From contig CAYIBX010000001.1 of the NCBI GenBank assembly GCA_964361785.1, positions 5,857 to 69,856 of the forward strand: DNA of 64,000 bases, read 5' to 3'. The notes beneath the pieces are model-generated. The model made no database searches, was not told the origin of the DNA, and was given only the letters and a program-made list of their open reading frames with translations. The DNA is from an uncultured Gammaproteobacteria bacterium (lineage in GTDB: Bacteria > Patescibacteriota > Microgenomatia > UBA10105 > UBA927). The position numbers and the translations under genes are program-made. Of this stretch, positions 41,162 through 51,566 are shown in pieces. Every line of letters begins with the position of its first letter. Position 1 is the stretch's first letter.

Positions 41162-42031
41162 ATGAGTAAAATATTGCAAAGCATGTTAGGTTTTTTGTAT
41201 AAGATAGTTGGACCAGATTGGGTATTTTTTATTCTCATGGGTCCTGTGGGTCAGACCCTGATAAAAATATTCATACGACTTAGTAAAGATCCGATTTGTT
41301 TTCGTTCTAAATATGGATTTGCTATGGAAGTTTCCCCTTATGAATACTGGATGAGCGGCTATATGTTTTTGGGTGAAACAAACCCGCAAGAGACAGCAGT
41401 TATTGTCAGTGTCCTTCGTGTTGGTGATACCATGATAGACGCAGGCGCGCATGCTGGTTGGTATAGTCTTGTTGCTAGCCAATGCGTAGGGAGCGAGGGA
41501 TCTGTTCTGTCATTTGAGCCCAATCCAGTATGTGCAGATGTATTGAATCGTAATATCAAAATGAACGGATTTGATAATATTCAGATTATCCAGGATGCAC
41601 TTTCCAATAAGAGTGGCACATCACGCTTGTGGGTGGGGGATGATATGGGAGGATCACTGATCAAAGATCAAGCACAACACATAACAAAAAATAAAGTGAA
41701 AAGCATTACAGTAAAAACTCTTCGACTCGATGATTTTTTGAAAAAGCAGAAAACCATAAAGAATATCCGATGCATAAAAGTTGATGTTGAGGGAGCAGAG
41801 GTAGAAGTTTTGTTAGGGGCAAAAAAAATCCTACTTCAACATAAGCCAATAATTTTAGCAGAAGTATATTGTAAAGATCAGAAGCAACTAAGAAGAAGAG
41901 ATAAACTTTTTGTGTATTTAAAATCCTTGGGTTATGAACCGTTTTTGTTCACAAGAGACGGACTGAGAATAACAGAATATACACATATCTCTCATGATAC
42001 AATCAACATTGTTTTAAAACCCCATGTTTAA
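41162..42031 (+). CDS. FkbM-family methyltransferase
   Basis: 'MIDAGAHAGWYSLVAS...IRCIKVDVEGAEVEVL'. Confidence 0.65.
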   Translation: MSKILQSMLGFLYKIVGPDWVFFILMGPVGQTLIKIFIRLSKDPICFRSKYGFAMEVSPYEYWMSGYMFLGETNPQETAVIVSVLRVGDTMIDAGAHAGWYSLVASQCVGSEGSVLSFEPNPVCADVLNRNIKMNGFDNIQIIQDALSNKSGTSRLWVGDDMGGSLIKDQAQHITKNKVKSITVKTLRLDDFLKKQKTIKNIRCIKVDVEGAEVEVLLGAKKILLQHKPIILAEVYCKDQKQLRRRDKLFVYLKSLGYEPFLFTRDGLRITEYTHISHDTINIVLKPHV

Positions 42032-42314
42032 TCCTTTATTGCAGCTTACAGATTACTATGACTCTGCTCTTATTTATAAACCGAATGTTTTTTTCGTTGT
42101 ATCTCCAGTATTCATAATCATGTTGTTGTATTGGTTAGTGCGACGCATGAGTGACGTTATCATGTTTGTGCGCTATATCATTTCGTCAAAATCCTCGAAA
42201 CTGAATGCTCGGTATCGTTGGTTTAAAAATGTATACTTACAAGCTCAAAAGCAATACAAACGTATAATAAAAAAGATTGCTGATGAGATTTTACTTCCGG
42301 AGGATGAAGCATGA
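42024..42314 (+). CDS. Small membrane protein, hypothetical
   Basis: 96 aa, one TM segment, operonic overlaps. Confidence 0.35.
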   Translation: MFNPLLQLTDYYDSALIYKPNVFFVVSPVFIIMLLYWLVRRMSDVIMFVRYIISSKSSKLNARYRWFKNVYLQAQKQYKRIIKKIADEILLPEDEA

Positions 42315-42805
42315 AATATTTAGCGGTATTGTTTCTTTTGATATGTTCGTTTCTGATTCCACCGAGTGTCAATGCTCAATACAGGTATCCGTGGCCAGGC
42401 ATACTACAGGATCACCCTCTTTATAAAATCAAAGTTTTACGAAATAAGATTATCGAGAAGCTTATTTATAGCCCAGTTCGGAGGGTGGAGTACGACCTCC
42501 TGACTGCGGATAAAATGCTTTATGCAGCAGAGCTTCTGAATACAAAAGGGGAAACAAGACTGGCGAAAGAGACAATTCTTAAAGGAGAGAATTATATGAG
42601 TAAGCTGGTATCTGATTATTTTCACGCGTCTGCATCCGGGTACCGTATTCCAGAATCATTGTCAGTGCGAATAAGCCAAGCGCACGTGGCACATCAGACG
42701 TTGATTATCAATTTGGTCGCCAAAGCTGCACCACAGGACAAAAAAACCTACGAGGATGTGTTATATTTTTCGAGAAAAAATCAAGATATGCTTGAGGGGG
42801 AATGA
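42311..42805 (+). CDS. Secreted hypothetical protein
   Basis: 'MKYLAVLFLLICSFLIPPSVNA' signal peptide. Confidence 0.45.
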   Translation: MKYLAVLFLLICSFLIPPSVNAQYRYPWPGILQDHPLYKIKVLRNKIIEKLIYSPVRRVEYDLLTADKMLYAAELLNTKGETRLAKETILKGENYMSKLVSDYFHASASGYRIPESLSVRISQAHVAHQTLIINLVAKAAPQDKKTYEDVLYFSRKNQDMLEGE

Positions 42806-42848
42806 AGCGAGAACACACAATAATTATGAGAATAATCATTTGAAGCCA

Positions 42849-45284
42849 ATGAATAGATTAAAGTTCAGTTCATTAGTTAGATTTGTTCCGATCTTATTTG
42901 CGATAGCACTTTTTGTTTTGCCATTCGTTTGGTATCGGCATGGTGAAATTGATCTTGGTGGTGATTTCAGCAGGCTGTATTTGTATGCGCCGTGGCGGTA
43001 TCTGCAGATTTTTGGGCTGTACAGCATCGTCCCTGAGGGGATTGGTCGGGTGACCCCTAATCAATATTATCTACCGTATCTTTTGTTTCTCGCGGGAATT
43101 AATCAGATTCTTCGATCACCATACTTGCTCATCCACGTATTTAGCGGTTTAAAGCTTGCGGTAGGTTTCCTTGCAATGTACGCCATTGTGAGAAACTTTG
43201 TTGGAAAACGTGCGCACCACCTCATAGCAGAGTTATCTGCTCTTCTTGCCGGAATCTTTTATATCTTTTCTCCATCAGTCATCGGCAATATGAATAACTC
43301 CTTACTATCACACGATCAGGTTTTTCTTAATCCACTCATGTTCTACTTGATGCTGCGTTTCATTCAGAGTAAGAAATGGGTATTTGTCGCTGTTGCATTT
43401 TGCGTCACTTTATTATTCTCGGGTAACTTTTCGTGGTTTAGCGCGCCTCCAATGTTTGCTTTTTATCCAATTGCGATAGTTTTTCTTATGCTGTACGCAG
43501 TAATCGTCCTAAAATCCAAAATCCCGTACAAAAAGATAGGCTTTGGCCTCGTTTTGTTTTTAGGATTACACTTATTTCATTTATTACCCGAAGCAAAAAG
43601 CCTGTTAACACAGGGAAGTTATACAAATGTTCGATTCTTTGACCGGCAGACCATTGTTCAAGAAGGCGTTCAGTACTTTATAGCAGTTCTTTCTCTTTCA
43701 AAGGCAAGCCTTAATTTTCTTTTCCCGTCGACAATCTCATTTTTTGCGCCTCTTGTGATTTTAGTCCCGCTTACAATGATTTTGGGGGTGTGCCTGAGAA
43801 AAACAAAGCATGCAGATTTACCTCTAGTGATGTCGTTTTTCGTTCTTACATTTTTTTTGGTTACGGCCAACATCACCCATATAGGCGTGGAGTTTTATAA
43901 ACGACTATTCTATATTCCAGGCTTTTCCATGTTTAGAAACTTTATCGGACAATGGCAATTCGTATATAATTTTTTTGCTGCACTTTTTCTAGGACTTGCC
44001 GCAGAACAACTCATGCTCCGTACGAAGAAATATTATGGGATGTATTTCATTTCAATTGTTCTCTTGGGCGTTATAGTTAACGCCACGCCGTTTATTTCTG
44101 GAAATTTGGCTAATCCGGTTCGCTGGGGATCAAAGGGTGTTCGTACAGCCATCATTATGGACCCTGCGTATCTAAGAGTATTAGATTACATACATGCACT
44201 ACCGTCGGACGGAAAAATTCTCACGCTTCCATTTACGGACTGGGGAGCTCAAGTGGTTCACGGACTCAATAATGCAGCCTATGTCGGTCCATCAACGATT
44301 TCTTATCTTGCAGGAAAACCGGATTTTTCAGGATACCAAATGATTGCACCGTTTCCGGAAATTTTCTTTAGACTCTCGCGAGAGAAGAATTATGCAGCTC
44401 TTCGACGTTTATTTAGGCTTCTTAATATTCGATACATTTATCACAACAGCGCGCACAATATCTATGACGACATATTTCCTCAGTTTCCTTATACCTATGC
44501 GCGACTTTCACTTCCGGACACCCAGGACGGCATGACGGAACTGGTACAGAAACTAGGCGCGAAGAAGATTTTTTCTCTGAAAAGCTATAACATATACGAG
44601 CTTTCTGATTTTCTTCCCATCGTATACGTTCCGACGTCCGTTGTGTTTTATCAGAATTCCATAAACGATTGGTACGGACAGACGGCATCGTTTTTTATAA
44701 ACGATACGTCGGTACAGCTGCGACAGGTATACGCTGATCAAAAAGATTGTGGTGTACTTGATCAACGTTTATGTGAGACAAATATACATGTCTTGCAGAA
44801 AACAACCCCAAAACTTACGATTATCCGGATCAATCCAACGCGTTACAAAATTGGCGTTTCAGGTATCACGGGTCCGTTTTTGTTAGCGTTTCTTCAAGGG
44901 TACGATAAAGCATGGACGGCGTACATTTCAGATCAGACTCAGGACGGTAGCGGTCCGTATGACCAATCATATCTTGAAGGTGACGTGAAGGAAAAAAGTG
45001 CGTCTTATGCGACCGATACACTATTTGATACCCATTTTTTTTCGACACGTGGACTCAAAGCGGTCGCTTCATCTCGACATATTCTGGTGAATGGCTATGC
45101 GAATGGATGGTATATAACCAACCAGGACATAGATGGTCGCGACGCTGTTACTATCATATTGGAGATGCGGGATCAAAAATATTTTGTCATAGGACTTACG
45201 GTTTCGTTTGCCTGTGCGCTATTTCTCACTGTCAGTATTCTGTTTAGTATAATAAGAAATCGGTTGTCGGGAAAAGATATATGA
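42849..45284 (+). CDS. Giant polytopic membrane protein with extracytoplasmic C-terminal domain, GT-C/YfhO-AftD-like, giant-family paralog 1
   Basis: Start at the internal ATG, 'MNRLKFSS'. Motifs 'DLGGDFSRLYLYAPWRYL', 'IPGFSMFRNFIGQW', 'KILTLPFTDWG', 'GPSTISYLAGKPDFSG', C-terminal 'GYANGWYIT'. Confidence 0.6.
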   Translation: MNRLKFSSLVRFVPILFAIALFVLPFVWYRHGEIDLGGDFSRLYLYAPWRYLQIFGLYSIVPEGIGRVTPNQYYLPYLLFLAGINQILRSPYLLIHVFSGLKLAVGFLAMYAIVRNFVGKRAHHLIAELSALLAGIFYIFSPSVIGNMNNSLLSHDQVFLNPLMFYLMLRFIQSKKWVFVAVAFCVTLLFSGNFSWFSAPPMFAFYPIAIVFLMLYAVIVLKSKIPYKKIGFGLVLFLGLHLFHLLPEAKSLLTQGSYTNVRFFDRQTIVQEGVQYFIAVLSLSKASLNFLFPSTISFFAPLVILVPLTMILGVCLRKTKHADLPLVMSFFVLTFFLVTANITHIGVEFYKRLFYIPGFSMFRNFIGQWQFVYNFFAALFLGLAAEQLMLRTKKYYGMYFISIVLLGVIVNATPFISGNLANPVRWGSKGVRTAIIMDPAYLRVLDYIHALPSDGKILTLPFTDWGAQVVHGLNNAAYVGPSTISYLAGKPDFSGYQMIAPFPEIFFRLSREKNYAALRRLFRLLNIRYIYHNSAHNIYDDIFPQFPYTYARLSLPDTQDGMTELVQKLGAKKIFSLKSYNIYELSDFLPIVYVPTSVVFYQNSINDWYGQTASFFINDTSVQLRQVYADQKDCGVLDQRLCETNIHVLQKTTPKLTIIRINPTRYKIGVSGITGPFLLAFLQGYDKAWTAYISDQTQDGSGPYDQSYLEGDVKEKSASYATDTLFDTHFFSTRGLKAVASSRHILVNGYANGWYITNQDIDGRDAVTIILEMRDQKYFVIGLTVSFACALFLTVSILFSIIRNRLSGKDI

Positions 45285-45613
45285 TTATACAACGTTATGT
45301 GCTTCAAGCGCGAAAGTATTTACTAGCAAACAATAACGCCATCATGTCATTGTTGTCATCTATGGTATTGGTGGATATATTTATCATCCCTAGGATGTCA
45401 GATGTCCGGACGTATGGCATCCTATTTCTATATGCAATAGACACATGGGTCATTGGGAGAAAAAGTAAGACCACGTTTATTGGTTGTCTTGCATTGCTTC
45501 TTCTTATGTATGTTCTATATCTTCTTACGGGAACTTCAGAACAAACTGAAAAGGTGGCAGTGTGGCTGTTTCTTTTGTTGTTGATCGGAGTTGTTCAGAT
45601 TTGGAATGAGTAA
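45281..45613 (+). CDS. Small 2-3 TM membrane protein, tandem paralog 1
   Basis: C-terminal 'TEKVAVWLFLLLLIGVVQIW' parallels 'TERLAVWFVLFFVLGIFTQW' of the next gene. Confidence 0.5.
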   Translation: MIIQRYVLQARKYLLANNNAIMSLLSSMVLVDIFIIPRMSDVRTYGILFLYAIDTWVIGRKSKTTFIGCLALLLLMYVLYLLTGTSEQTEKVAVWLFLLLLIGVVQIWNE

Positions 45614-45625
45614 TTTTAAAGTCAC

Positions 45626-45973
45626 ATGAAAAAAGATATTCAAAAAATGATGCATGACACGGCAAAATGGATTCATGGAAATCCACTGACTTTTTTGGCA
45701 TTTGTCTCCATACTCGTTATAGCTGAAGTATTTGCTTTTCCGATTTCATTAGATGTGCGATTGTTTGGTGCACTATTTTTATATTGGTTTCTTGCTCGTA
45801 TAGGAAAGCTTACGAGTGCGCGAGTGTTTCAATTGTGTATTATTTTGTTGACTGGAATGGTTTTAGGATATCTAATCAGCGGAGCAGCAGCGACTACTGA
45901 GCGTTTGGCCGTTTGGTTTGTATTATTTTTCGTTCTCGGAATATTTACGCAGTGGCGGGAGATAACCGCATGA
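45626..45973 (+). CDS. Small 2-3 TM membrane protein, tandem paralog 2
   Basis: See the previous feature. Its stop overlaps the start of giant paralog 2. Confidence 0.5.
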   Translation: MKKDIQKMMHDTAKWIHGNPLTFLAFVSILVIAEVFAFPISLDVRLFGALFLYWFLARIGKLTSARVFQLCIILLTGMVLGYLISGAAATTERLAVWFVLFFVLGIFTQWREITA

Positions 45974-48900
45974 AAGGAAAGTTGCTCCCTACGGTCATTA
46001 CGTGTATTCTTTTCATCATTCCTTTTTTTTGGCTCAAACCCGGATTTATGGATTTAGGGGGGGATTCCAGCCGATTGTACTTTTATGATCCTCTCCGATA
46101 TCTTATTAATTACTCTTTGTTTGTTGTGTCTCCCTCTGGTGGAGGCAGTGAGAATATCGGTTTTATGACGATACCATTTGTGGCTCTTTTGGCAGTAGCA
46201 AAGCGAATACTTGTCTCATCGACAGTACTTATAAGCGCATTTCATGGTTTCAGTTTAGCCGCGAGTTTTTTGTTTGTATATTTATCGGTTGTTCAACTGT
46301 TGCACACTTCCATGAAAGGCGAACGATTAAAAGAATTAGCAGCATTGGCAGGAGGGTTACTCTATGTTTTTTCACCCATTTCAATATTTGGTTGGGATAA
46401 GGTGCTTATAACCCATAATTATGTATTCCTAAACCCTGTCATGTTTTATTTGATGTTGCGATACATGGTGACTGATCGGTTTTTTTATCTTTTTTGGGCG
46501 CTTCTGGTAACTTTTATATTTTCTGCGAATTTTAGTTTTGCAGCTGCACCGGTTTTCTTTGCATTTTATCCAATTTCTCTTGTGTTGTTACTGGTGTATA
46601 AACGACGGGTATTGGATCAAGCTGTTCATTGGAGACAGCTTGGTGTGGCGAGTATTGTATTTATACTTCTTCAGGCGTTTCATATAGTGCCGCAAATTGC
46701 CAGCATGGTAACTCCTGGGAGTGTTTTGTATTCTGCTGTGTTTTCTTCCCAGGGGAAGTTTGATCGCGGACTTGGATACTTTTCCTCCATTGCGCCGAGT
46801 ATAAAAACATCGATTAATGTGATGTTACTTCCGCAGATGACGGAAGTTTCTAAACTCCTTATATTCATGATAATGCTTCCATTGACGGTTATATTAGGGT
46901 TGTTGCGAAGCGGAAAAGAGGAACAACGATTTAAGAAAACGTTCCTGTTGATCGGGGCATTCTTTATTGTGATTTTCTTTTTTGCCACAGGGAATATCAC
47001 TGATCTTGGTCTGTCGGTATATAAAAAATTATTTATACTTCCTGGATTTTCTATCTTTCGTAACTTTTATGGACAGTGGGCGGGTGCATACTTATTTTAT
47101 TATGCGGTGATTTTTGGATTAGCGCTTCCTGTCGTATTAGAGGTGTATAAGAAAGCGAAGGTGTGGCTTTTAGTTTTTGTTTTTTTGCTTCTCGTTAACG
47201 CGTGGCAGTTTATCAACGGATCTTTAACAAATCCACTTTTATGGGATGCTGACAATATTCGGATAGCTATGAATATGGATCCTAATTTTAAACTGGCTCT
47301 TGAGTATATTCGCAAATTGCCCACAGGCGGAAAAGTATTGACGCTCCCACTTACTGATTTTGGCTATCAGATTGTAGCAGGGAAAGATACTGGAGCATAT
47401 CAAGGGCCGTCGATGATTTCATATTTGGGGGGAAAACAGGATTTTTCGGGGACTGGCGAATTTGGAAGATATCGTGAACTTTTTCTTGAAAGCGTACGGG
47501 ATGGAAACATAGATGAGGTGAAGCGTATATTGGGTATCTTAAATATCAGGTATGTGTTTTATACTAGTGACCCGAAGGTGTATGATGCTTTTCTTGAGTT
47601 TCCGTATAATGACGTCAGAAAATATTTTCCCAAACGTCAGAAAGAGTATGCACAGTTTGTCGATTCGCTTGCGCTACGACTCGTAGCTTCTTTTGATAAT
47701 CGATTTTATATTTATGAACTGCCCAGTGAGAATGTGACACCTCGCATTTATATCGCAAAAAATACGACAGCCATATCGCGAGTGGTTGTAGACGCTTCTG
47801 TACCGTTAGAATTGTTGTCTGATGATATTGGTGAGTCTGCGTTTTTTGATGGATCTCAGACGCCATCATCTGCATCGGCATTTTGGTATCCAGCGGAATC
47901 GCAAAGCTCTCTTCTTGCCATGGTAAAAAATCCAGATCCGTTCAGGATCATGCACCATGCGTTCGTGACTACGTCGCCTTCGTCATTTTATTATCCGTTG
48001 ATAGTATTAAAGGAAACAGTAAAATTATGGAAATTTGGCAGAGCCAATTATTTTTCGCGTATCGACCAACAATCATTTTTATCCGCAAAGCGAATTCTTG
48101 AGTTGGAACGTTGGGGCGAGAGTATGTCGGTATTGGGAACGTTACACACACTTTCTGATTTTAACACTGCGCACAAAGAGCCCGGAGTGTCTCGTGATAG
48201 TCCTCGCCTTTGGGATGTTTCTGCATGGAAGCGTTTAAATAGTTGGGAAGCAACACTTGCGCGCTACTATAGATATTTTGACGATAATATAAAAACGATT
48301 GATGCCATAGATCAATCGCTACAATGGAAGATGGAACAAAAATTCCTACTGTCTGAATATTTGCGTCAGCACTACCGACGACTAACGCTTCTGATACAGC
48401 AGCGTGATCCCATAAAAGCACACAGAGACTATCTTGAAGAGATTACGGATATGATATTTGGAAACCTTCTTGAGAGGACCAATGCGGATCTCTCTGATTT
48501 GACTATACCGTATAGCGTGCAATTGCCGAAGGGTAACACTGAATCGTATGGTGTCTATCTTGATAAAAATACGTATGGTATAAATGAGCATTTTTCCATA
48601 ACAGTTGGGGATGAGAAGCTAGATAGTTTGATAACTGAAGAAGGTCGCTGGAATAAATTAGGCACAGTAGTGCAAACAGAAAATGATTCCCTGAATCAAA
48701 TGCGTCTGTCTTTGATTGAACCGAAAAATTTATTAACGGATAATTCAAGGATGATGCTAGAATCAGAACTTTCATCCACAGATTCAGCGAGTTTTGCGAT
48801 AGACGCGCGCTATATAAAGGGCGCAAAGGGATTGGTGTGGAAGATTGACGATTGGCAACCGCAAAGTTATTATCTTTTGACATTTGCCTATCGCACAAGC

Positions 48901-49578
48901 GGGGAGCCGTTTGTCGTTCGGACGCTAGAAAGTGAGATTCTTCGACCCGCTTCGCCCCAGAACGCTCAGCGAGGCGAGCAAGCTCAGGACGGAAAAGTTG
49001 ATAGTACAAATACGATTGTTGAAGATATGTTGAAATCTCCTACATGGGCACAGTATCAAGCAGTGGTCAGGACCAATAAGTTCGTGAATACTGGATTTAT
49101 ACAGATATCTCCATCCACCGATCACTTATCCCTTTCGCGCATAGAGCTCAAGAATGTATCGCTTGTTCATATACCGCATCCTCTCGTGATGCTTTTGAAA
49201 AACAACGAGAAGAAAATTGTGTCGCAACCGACCATATCATTCGTTCAAGTTAATCCAACGCTGTATAAAATTCATGTTTCTGGTGCAGATCAACCATATG
49301 TATTAGCATTGAGTGAAGCGTTTAATCGCAGGTGGCGCGTCTCTCTTGCTGGTTTTGATAAAGGTATCGCCAGCACGCGTCACTTTCAAGCCAATGGGTA
49401 TGCGAATGCGTGGTATATAACGCCAGAAGATGTTGATAGGCAAAGTGAATATGATTTGGAATTGTATATGAGTATGCAATCCTATTTTTATATTGGCGCG
49501 AGTATAAGTATCGTTGCATTAATCGGTTTACTATCGTATGGAATGTGGAGATATATAAAAAAATGGGGTCGCGTATGA
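45970..49578 (+). CDS. Giant (~1200 aa) polytopic membrane protein, giant-family paralog 2, with a ~400-aa extracytoplasmic insertion
   Basis: 'MDLGGDSSRLYFYDPLRYL', 'LPGFSIFRNFYGQW', 'KVLTLPLTDFG', 'GPSMISYLGGKQDFSG', C-terminal 'GYANAWYIT'. Collinear with 42849..45284 except for an extra soluble block from about 47.8 to 49.2 kb. Confidence 0.6.
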   Translation: MKGKLLPTVITCILFIIPFFWLKPGFMDLGGDSSRLYFYDPLRYLINYSLFVVSPSGGGSENIGFMTIPFVALLAVAKRILVSSTVLISAFHGFSLAASFLFVYLSVVQLLHTSMKGERLKELAALAGGLLYVFSPISIFGWDKVLITHNYVFLNPVMFYLMLRYMVTDRFFYLFWALLVTFIFSANFSFAAAPVFFAFYPISLVLLLVYKRRVLDQAVHWRQLGVASIVFILLQAFHIVPQIASMVTPGSVLYSAVFSSQGKFDRGLGYFSSIAPSIKTSINVMLLPQMTEVSKLLIFMIMLPLTVILGLLRSGKEEQRFKKTFLLIGAFFIVIFFFATGNITDLGLSVYKKLFILPGFSIFRNFYGQWAGAYLFYYAVIFGLALPVVLEVYKKAKVWLLVFVFLLLVNAWQFINGSLTNPLLWDADNIRIAMNMDPNFKLALEYIRKLPTGGKVLTLPLTDFGYQIVAGKDTGAYQGPSMISYLGGKQDFSGTGEFGRYRELFLESVRDGNIDEVKRILGILNIRYVFYTSDPKVYDAFLEFPYNDVRKYFPKRQKEYAQFVDSLALRLVASFDNRFYIYELPSENVTPRIYIAKNTTAISRVVVDASVPLELLSDDIGESAFFDGSQTPSSASAFWYPAESQSSLLAMVKNPDPFRIMHHAFVTTSPSSFYYPLIVLKETVKLWKFGRANYFSRIDQQSFLSAKRILELERWGESMSVLGTLHTLSDFNTAHKEPGVSRDSPRLWDVSAWKRLNSWEATLARYYRYFDDNIKTIDAIDQSLQWKMEQKFLLSEYLRQHYRRLTLLIQQRDPIKAHRDYLEEITDMIFGNLLERTNADLSDLTIPYSVQLPKGNTESYGVYLDKNTYGINEHFSITVGDEKLDSLITEEGRWNKLGTVVQTENDSLNQMRLSLIEPKNLLTDNSRMMLESELSSTDSASFAIDARYIKGAKGLVWKIDDWQPQSYYLLTFAYRTSGEPFVVRTLESEILRPASPQNAQRGEQAQDGKVDSTNTIVEDMLKSPTWAQYQAVVRTNKFVNTGFIQISPSTDHLSLSRIELKNVSLVHIPHPLVMLLKNNEKKIVSQPTISFVQVNPTLYKIHVSGADQPYVLALSEAFNRRWRVSLAGFDKGIASTRHFQANGYANAWYITPEDVDRQSEYDLELYMSMQSYFYIGASISIVALIGLLSYGMWRYIKKWGRV

Positions 49579-51566
49579 ATAGAAAAGTTGTGCTTGTTGG
49601 ATTCGCGGCTTTTATGATTGTCATTTTTATATATCGACCATGGTTTACGGGTAGTGAAATTATTGGTGGTGATTGGCCATATCTATTTCCTGAAATGGTA
49701 AACACGATGTCGCGCGTGCCATCCTCATGGCAGGCTGGATACGGGGGAGGATTGGGAGGATTATCCCCAGCATATTTTTTGAGCACCTATAATTTCTTAT
49801 TTGCACAGATTGCCATTTTTACCGGAACTTCTTGGATAGCGATATATAAACTGTTTTGGTTTTTGTGTCCCGTAGTAATATTAGCAGTTGGTGGGTGGCG
49901 TTTGTTGGCAACGGTGTTGCCGAGTTCCTCTTTGTGGATGCGTGCGATGGCATCACTTATTTTGGCGACAAACACGTATGTGCTTATGGTAACCGGTGGT
50001 GGGCAAATGGGAGTGTTTTATGCGGTATCGATTTTTCCATGGGTGCTTTTGTCTTTTTTTCGATTTCTTCGTGATACAAGAAATCCTTGGCCGACAACAC
50101 TTATATTAGGGACAGTGTTTGGTGTTCAAGTGTCTTTAGATCCAAGAATAGCGTATTTATCCGCAATAAGCATGGTAGTGTTGTATTTTTTTGAAGGGGA
50201 CGGATGGGTAAAGTTATGGAGAAGATTACGTTTTGGCGCTGTGGCAGGTATAATAGGGATTTTGTTAAATCTATATTGGGTATTGCCGTTACTCATGCTT
50301 AAAGAGAATACGTTAGACGCATTAGGAAGTGCCTATACGACGGTTTCAGCGCTTCGATTTTTTAGCTTTGCTGATTTTTCTCACGCTCTCTCATTGCTTC
50401 ATCCTAATTGGCCGGAGAATTTGTTTGGGAAAACATATTTTTTACAACCGGAGTTTTTACTGCTTCCAATACTTGCATTTTCAAGTTTACTTTTTGTAAA
50501 AAAGTTTAAAGAGAACACATTAGTTATTGGATTTGCGGCGTTAGGATTAGTCGGAGCCTTTCTATCGAAAGGAGCCAACGAGCCGCTGGGTTTTGTGTAT
50601 GTGTGGGTTTTTGAGCATGTTCCTGGATTTGTGATGTTTCGTGATCCGACGAAATTTTATGTATTGATCATGACGTCGTATGCGGTACTTATACCAATTG
50701 CGCTGTTTTCAATCACCCAAGTGATGAAAAAATATTTGATTAAATTTTTGTGGATTGTTCCAATTGTATTTATTTGTTACTGGATTGTTTTAATTCGACC
50801 AGCAGTGAATGGGTCATTAGGCGGCACATTTACAAAACGAGAAGTGCCCACACAATATATTGCATTGAAAAAAGTGTTACAAAATGAACAAGGATTTTTT
50901 CGTACACTGTGGGTTCCTCGACAAAGTAGATTCGCTTATTCATCATCCAATCAGTTGCCGATAGAAGCTCAACCTCTTTTAGGAGCCACTGATAGCGCAT
51001 CGTTAGAACGTGCATTGCAAGCCCCGACTGTGGGAGGTCAATTAGATATGTTGAGCATCCGTTATATCATAGTTCCTTTTGATCCATATGGAGAAATATT
51101 TACTGATGACAGAAAATATAGTCAAACAAAAAGAGAAGATGTAGAGAAAGTCCTTGATACCGTGCCATGGCTTAGTAAAATTCAGTTGAATGACATCGCG
51201 ATGTACAAAACACCTCAATCGAAAGATCATTTTTCGTTAGAGAACGGAACGATTATAGATTGGCGTAAAATATCTGATGATTCGTATGAAGTTGATGTGC
51301 AGGTTTCACAAGCGACAAAGCTCATGGTTTCAGAGTCATATCATCACGGATGGCAAGCTAATATAAAGGGTGAGCTGGTAGAGGCTATCAAAGAACCATT
51401 TGGCACTATGTCGTTTGCATTACCCCAAGAAGGGTCATATACCGTTGTTATAGAGTTTGCTCCTCGTCGATGGTATTTGTTGGGAAGAATTTTATCGCTG
51501 GTCACTTTGGGTGCTATTGTTCTATGGTTATTTGTATTTCGTGTATATGCTCAAAAAAAACGCTAA
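49575..51566 (+). CDS. Polytopic membrane protein, giant-family paralog 3 (shorter)
   Basis: 'IGGDWPYLFPEM', 'VPGFVMFRDPTKFY', C-terminal 'SESYHHGWQANIKGE' (YfhO-like tail). Start taken at the ATGA-overlap ATG. Confidence 0.5.
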   Translation: MNRKVVLVGFAAFMIVIFIYRPWFTGSEIIGGDWPYLFPEMVNTMSRVPSSWQAGYGGGLGGLSPAYFLSTYNFLFAQIAIFTGTSWIAIYKLFWFLCPVVILAVGGWRLLATVLPSSSLWMRAMASLILATNTYVLMVTGGGQMGVFYAVSIFPWVLLSFFRFLRDTRNPWPTTLILGTVFGVQVSLDPRIAYLSAISMVVLYFFEGDGWVKLWRRLRFGAVAGIIGILLNLYWVLPLLMLKENTLDALGSAYTTVSALRFFSFADFSHALSLLHPNWPENLFGKTYFLQPEFLLLPILAFSSLLFVKKFKENTLVIGFAALGLVGAFLSKGANEPLGFVYVWVFEHVPGFVMFRDPTKFYVLIMTSYAVLIPIALFSITQVMKKYLIKFLWIVPIVFICYWIVLIRPAVNGSLGGTFTKREVPTQYIALKKVLQNEQGFFRTLWVPRQSRFAYSSSNQLPIEAQPLLGATDSASLERALQAPTVGGQLDMLSIRYIIVPFDPYGEIFTDDRKYSQTKREDVEKVLDTVPWLSKIQLNDIAMYKTPQSKDHFSLENGTIIDWRKISDDSYEVDVQVSQATKLMVSESYHHGWQANIKGELVEAIKEPFGTMSFALPQEGSYTVVIEFAPRRWYLLGRILSLVTLGAIVLWLFVFRVYAQKKR

